From assembly GCF_009914755.1 (NCBI RefSeq), contig NC_060929.1: a stretch of DNA of 64,000 nt; one strand, given 5' to 3'. A program made the position numbers and the translations under genes. The DNA is from the human T2T-CHM13v2.0 reference genome, Homo sapiens. This document shows, one piece after another, positions 60,824 through 64,000 of the stretch. How positions within the stretch are numbered: position 1 is the first letter of the stretch; each line of letters opens with the position of its first letter. The notes under the pieces were generated by a model. It saw only the letters and a program-made list of their open reading frames with translations. It was not told where the DNA came from and made no database searches.

Positions 60824-60975
60824 GGCTGGGCGCTGCAGCTTATGCTTATAATCCCAGCAGTTTGGGAGGCTGAGGCGGGCAGATCACTTGAGCTCAGGAG
60901 TTGGAGACCGGCCTGGACAACATGGTGAAACCTTGTCTCTACAGTTTAAATTAAATAAAGAGAGAGAGAGAGAAG
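60824..60975 (+). mobile_element. Alu left monomer with a (GA)n tail
   Basis: GGCTGGGCGCTGCAGCTTATGC...GAAACCTTGTCTCTAC. Confidence 0.8.
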
Positions 60976-62807
60976 AAAATTTCTTTTCAGTTGTGTAACT
61001 TGGAGAGGCTGCACTACTTCATGTATGAATAGTGTTTTCTTCTGAATTGGAAACGGTACTACTTAATTGTTAGGTTTTTTAAAGAGTATATTCACACTGG
61101 TCTGTATTGTCAGCCGCTTTTTAAATCTCTATTTAATGTGCACCTGCACTTTCTTTTCATAATAAAATCGTAATATGCTCATGCTATTCCAGATGCAGCT
61201 AACTAATGAAGCAGTTTCAGTTTACAGTGACATTGTCGTTGGAAAATGTTTTTCCCTCTGATTATACCTGTTTATTATTTTCTTTCATCTTAAAGCTGTT
61301 CCCCTAACTATGAGTACTGTGGGATCTTTTGTTTGTTCTAACAGTGATGTTTTTGACCTTAAACTTCATTATATAATTGCTCCCCCATTCTTTCATTTCC
61401 GTCTTCTGTTTTGAAAGCAGAGTGGTGGCAATATGATGTTTATGAGGGGAGGGGGCTGGCAAGGGGGCATGTTCCTCCTAAATTAGCCACTTAAAAAGCA
61501 GAGCTTTCGATGCTATTGCCTGTTTTCATATTGATTCCATCATAAAAAATGTGTAGTCCTTGTGTTATTTAGATTCTGGGCAACATTTTTAGTTTTCATT
61601 TACACTCCTCGGGTTTGGTTAAAAAACAATGCAGTACAGCCGTGAGAATGCTTTAAAAATGCTGTCATACTTTGTTACAGCTCTGCAGCTGGTTGTATTG
61701 TACCTCTGCAGTTGTTTCTTAGGCAGCTACAAATTACTTAATTTCTAAAGCTATCCTAGAAGTAGCAAGTCTATGATGATCTAACTCTGCTCCAGTAGTT
61801 TCCGCTTCCAACATGCTAGAGCTGAAAATTTTGCTCTCTGCCTTTCTTGTGATATTTAAAATTTTGAATATGAAGATAATTGTGAAGCCTGAAAATATGT
61901 ACACATAATTCCCAGTTTGAGCAGTGTCAGATCAACTGTAAGAACCCAATCATTTGTAACAAAACCCAGATTCTACTTCTAATAATAATACTATTTCACT
62001 CACATCTAGCCAACACTTGTAATATTGTTTCTATTGGAAAAATATGTTTCCACTTTCTTTTCTAGTGAACTCAGAGCTTAGGAGCTCAGTGGGCAGAGGC
62101 GGGTAGAGGGAAGCTTCCTGGGAACCCCAGAAAGTGGTTCTGCGTGTTAGTCCCCAAGTGTTAAACACTCATGCTCTCTGTCTGTGGATCACTTGAGCTG
62201 TTTAAAAGATGTCATATTTTTTTTTCTGTTTACTTCTAGTCAGAACTAGTCAATTGACTTCCATAATTAGCTTACCGTTTTCATAGGGAGGAAAGCACTG
62301 ATACCTTTACTGTTTGTTAAAAGGTGTACAGAAAAAACTAATTGGAAAGTTGTGAGATGAATTTTTTAAAAAACAAATTACTTTCTTGGGAAAAGATGTA
62401 TATATTTTAAAACTTTGCAAAGTATTTTATAAGAGTCAACTTTTTTTATTTGGCTTCAGATGTTGGAAGACCCTTGGCATTGTCATTCTGAACATTAACA
62501 GCCATTCGCTTCAATTCAGGATATAATCAGGAACTCTCGATTTTTAATTTGTTTTAAGTATATTACTATCAACTTGTTTTATTGCTAATCATCTTTTAAC
62601 TTTCTTTTGAAGGTGGATCTGGGAAAAAATCAATTTAGTTACATTTCAGTTAAAGGAAGTTATTTTTGTTTTTTAAACTTGTTCTACATTTGTGGGTACA
62701 ATTTTATGGAGACATAATCTTCCTTGATTACACGTAGCTCTCCTTACTCTTTAAATTTGTACATTTAAAGTATGCTATTTAATACCTTCATTGACCATTT
62801 TATATAG

Positions 62808-62982
<175 letters not shown>

Positions 62983-63597
62983 TAGTTGTAGTGCTTGCTT
63001 TGAAGACAGTTATGCATTCAGATCCCATCTCAGCCTCCTCCTGGGTTACCTGGATGACTGTCAGGCTCAAAGATGTTGAGTAACTTCCTCAATTTCCTTG
63101 TAGTAAAACTAGGAGTAATGTCTGTTGTAAAGTTGTAGTGAAGATTAGAAACAGTAGATGGAAAGTGCCTAGCATATGTTATTACTATTTCTAGCAGCTA
63201 CCATTTACTGTTCAGATATTCTATTCCCTGCCCTCCACCCTGCCACCATCCATAGTGCAGTGCTGGGCATGTAGCAGGCCCTCTGAGCATTTTCCGTTGT
63301 CACATTGGTCACGTTATCTTGGAGAAAGCCATATTCAACTCCCATGCAGAATTGTGCTTCATGGACCTATTTCACTTTGCGTCAGGGTAGTGTGCCTGCC
63401 CTGACGGTGCTTTGTGGTGTGTCTCCTGTTTGAATCTCCCTGTTCTATCAGTGTGCTCTATACATGCCAGCCTTTCCATAAATGTTCACATTAAAATTCT
63501 CACCCTGGAGCCCAACCTTTTGGGGACTTTTAAAAATAGCAACATTTTGTGTTATTCACTTAATAAATTCATACTTGGGAAAAAAATGAGTCTTTGG

Positions 63598-63814
63598 GTT
63601 TTTTGTTTTGTTTTGTTTTGTTGTTTTCTTGTTTTTTGTTTGTTTTGTTTTGTTTTGTTTTCTTGAGATGGAGTTTCGCTCTTGTTGCCCGGGCTGGAGT
63701 GCAATGGTGCGATTTCGGCTCACTGCAACCTCCGCCTCCCGGGTTGAAGTGATTCTCCTGCCTCAGCCTCCCGGGTACTTGGGATTACAGGCGCCCACCA
63801 CCACACCTGGCTAA
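63598..63814 (-). mobile_element. Alu right arm with a (TTTTG)n tail
   Basis: GAGATGGAGTTTCGCTCTTGTTGCCC...CCTGGCTAA. Confidence 0.85.
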
Positions 63815-64000
63815 AAATGAGTCCCAAATTCTTCTTGGCTCCTCTAGTATGTATGCTTAGGAAGCTTGAAGATATTACATGCTGGCAGATCCTGGGGCCT
63901 CAAAGAGATGTTAATACTTATTGCTGTATCTGAGACTTTGGAAAATGTATGCTGATTTAATAAGTTGTAAAAACTTTAGACTTGTTCTTTTTTTTTTTTT

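Overview
This is primate genomic DNA, almost certainly human, covering the 5' part of the SNX18 (sorting nexin 18) locus. Bases 1-41,000 are intergenic and dense in repeats (Alu, L1PA, MaLR and ERV1 LTRs). They include a complete but defective HERV-K(HML-3)/HERVK9 provirus on the minus strand (21727-28915; paired 490-bp MER9-type LTRs, 6-bp TSD CAGACC) nested in an LTR8, a twin-primed (5'-inverted) L1, and a ~1.2-kb AT-rich 36-bp minisatellite. A CpG island at ~41.3-43.3 kb holds the SNX18 promoter and one very large coding exon (SH3, low-complexity, PX, most of BAR). This exon either splices at 43321 or reads through to a stop at 43587 (628 aa). The rest of the window is SNX18 intron 1. I found no convincing undescribed multi-gene system. 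The best leads are a possible GTG-initiated N-terminal extension and a cryptic splice unit in SNX18, the provirus architecture, the AT-rich VNTR, divergent CTCF motifs and several informative retroelement scars. Repeat family names come from recall of consensus sequences, not from a search, and many repeat boundaries are approximate.
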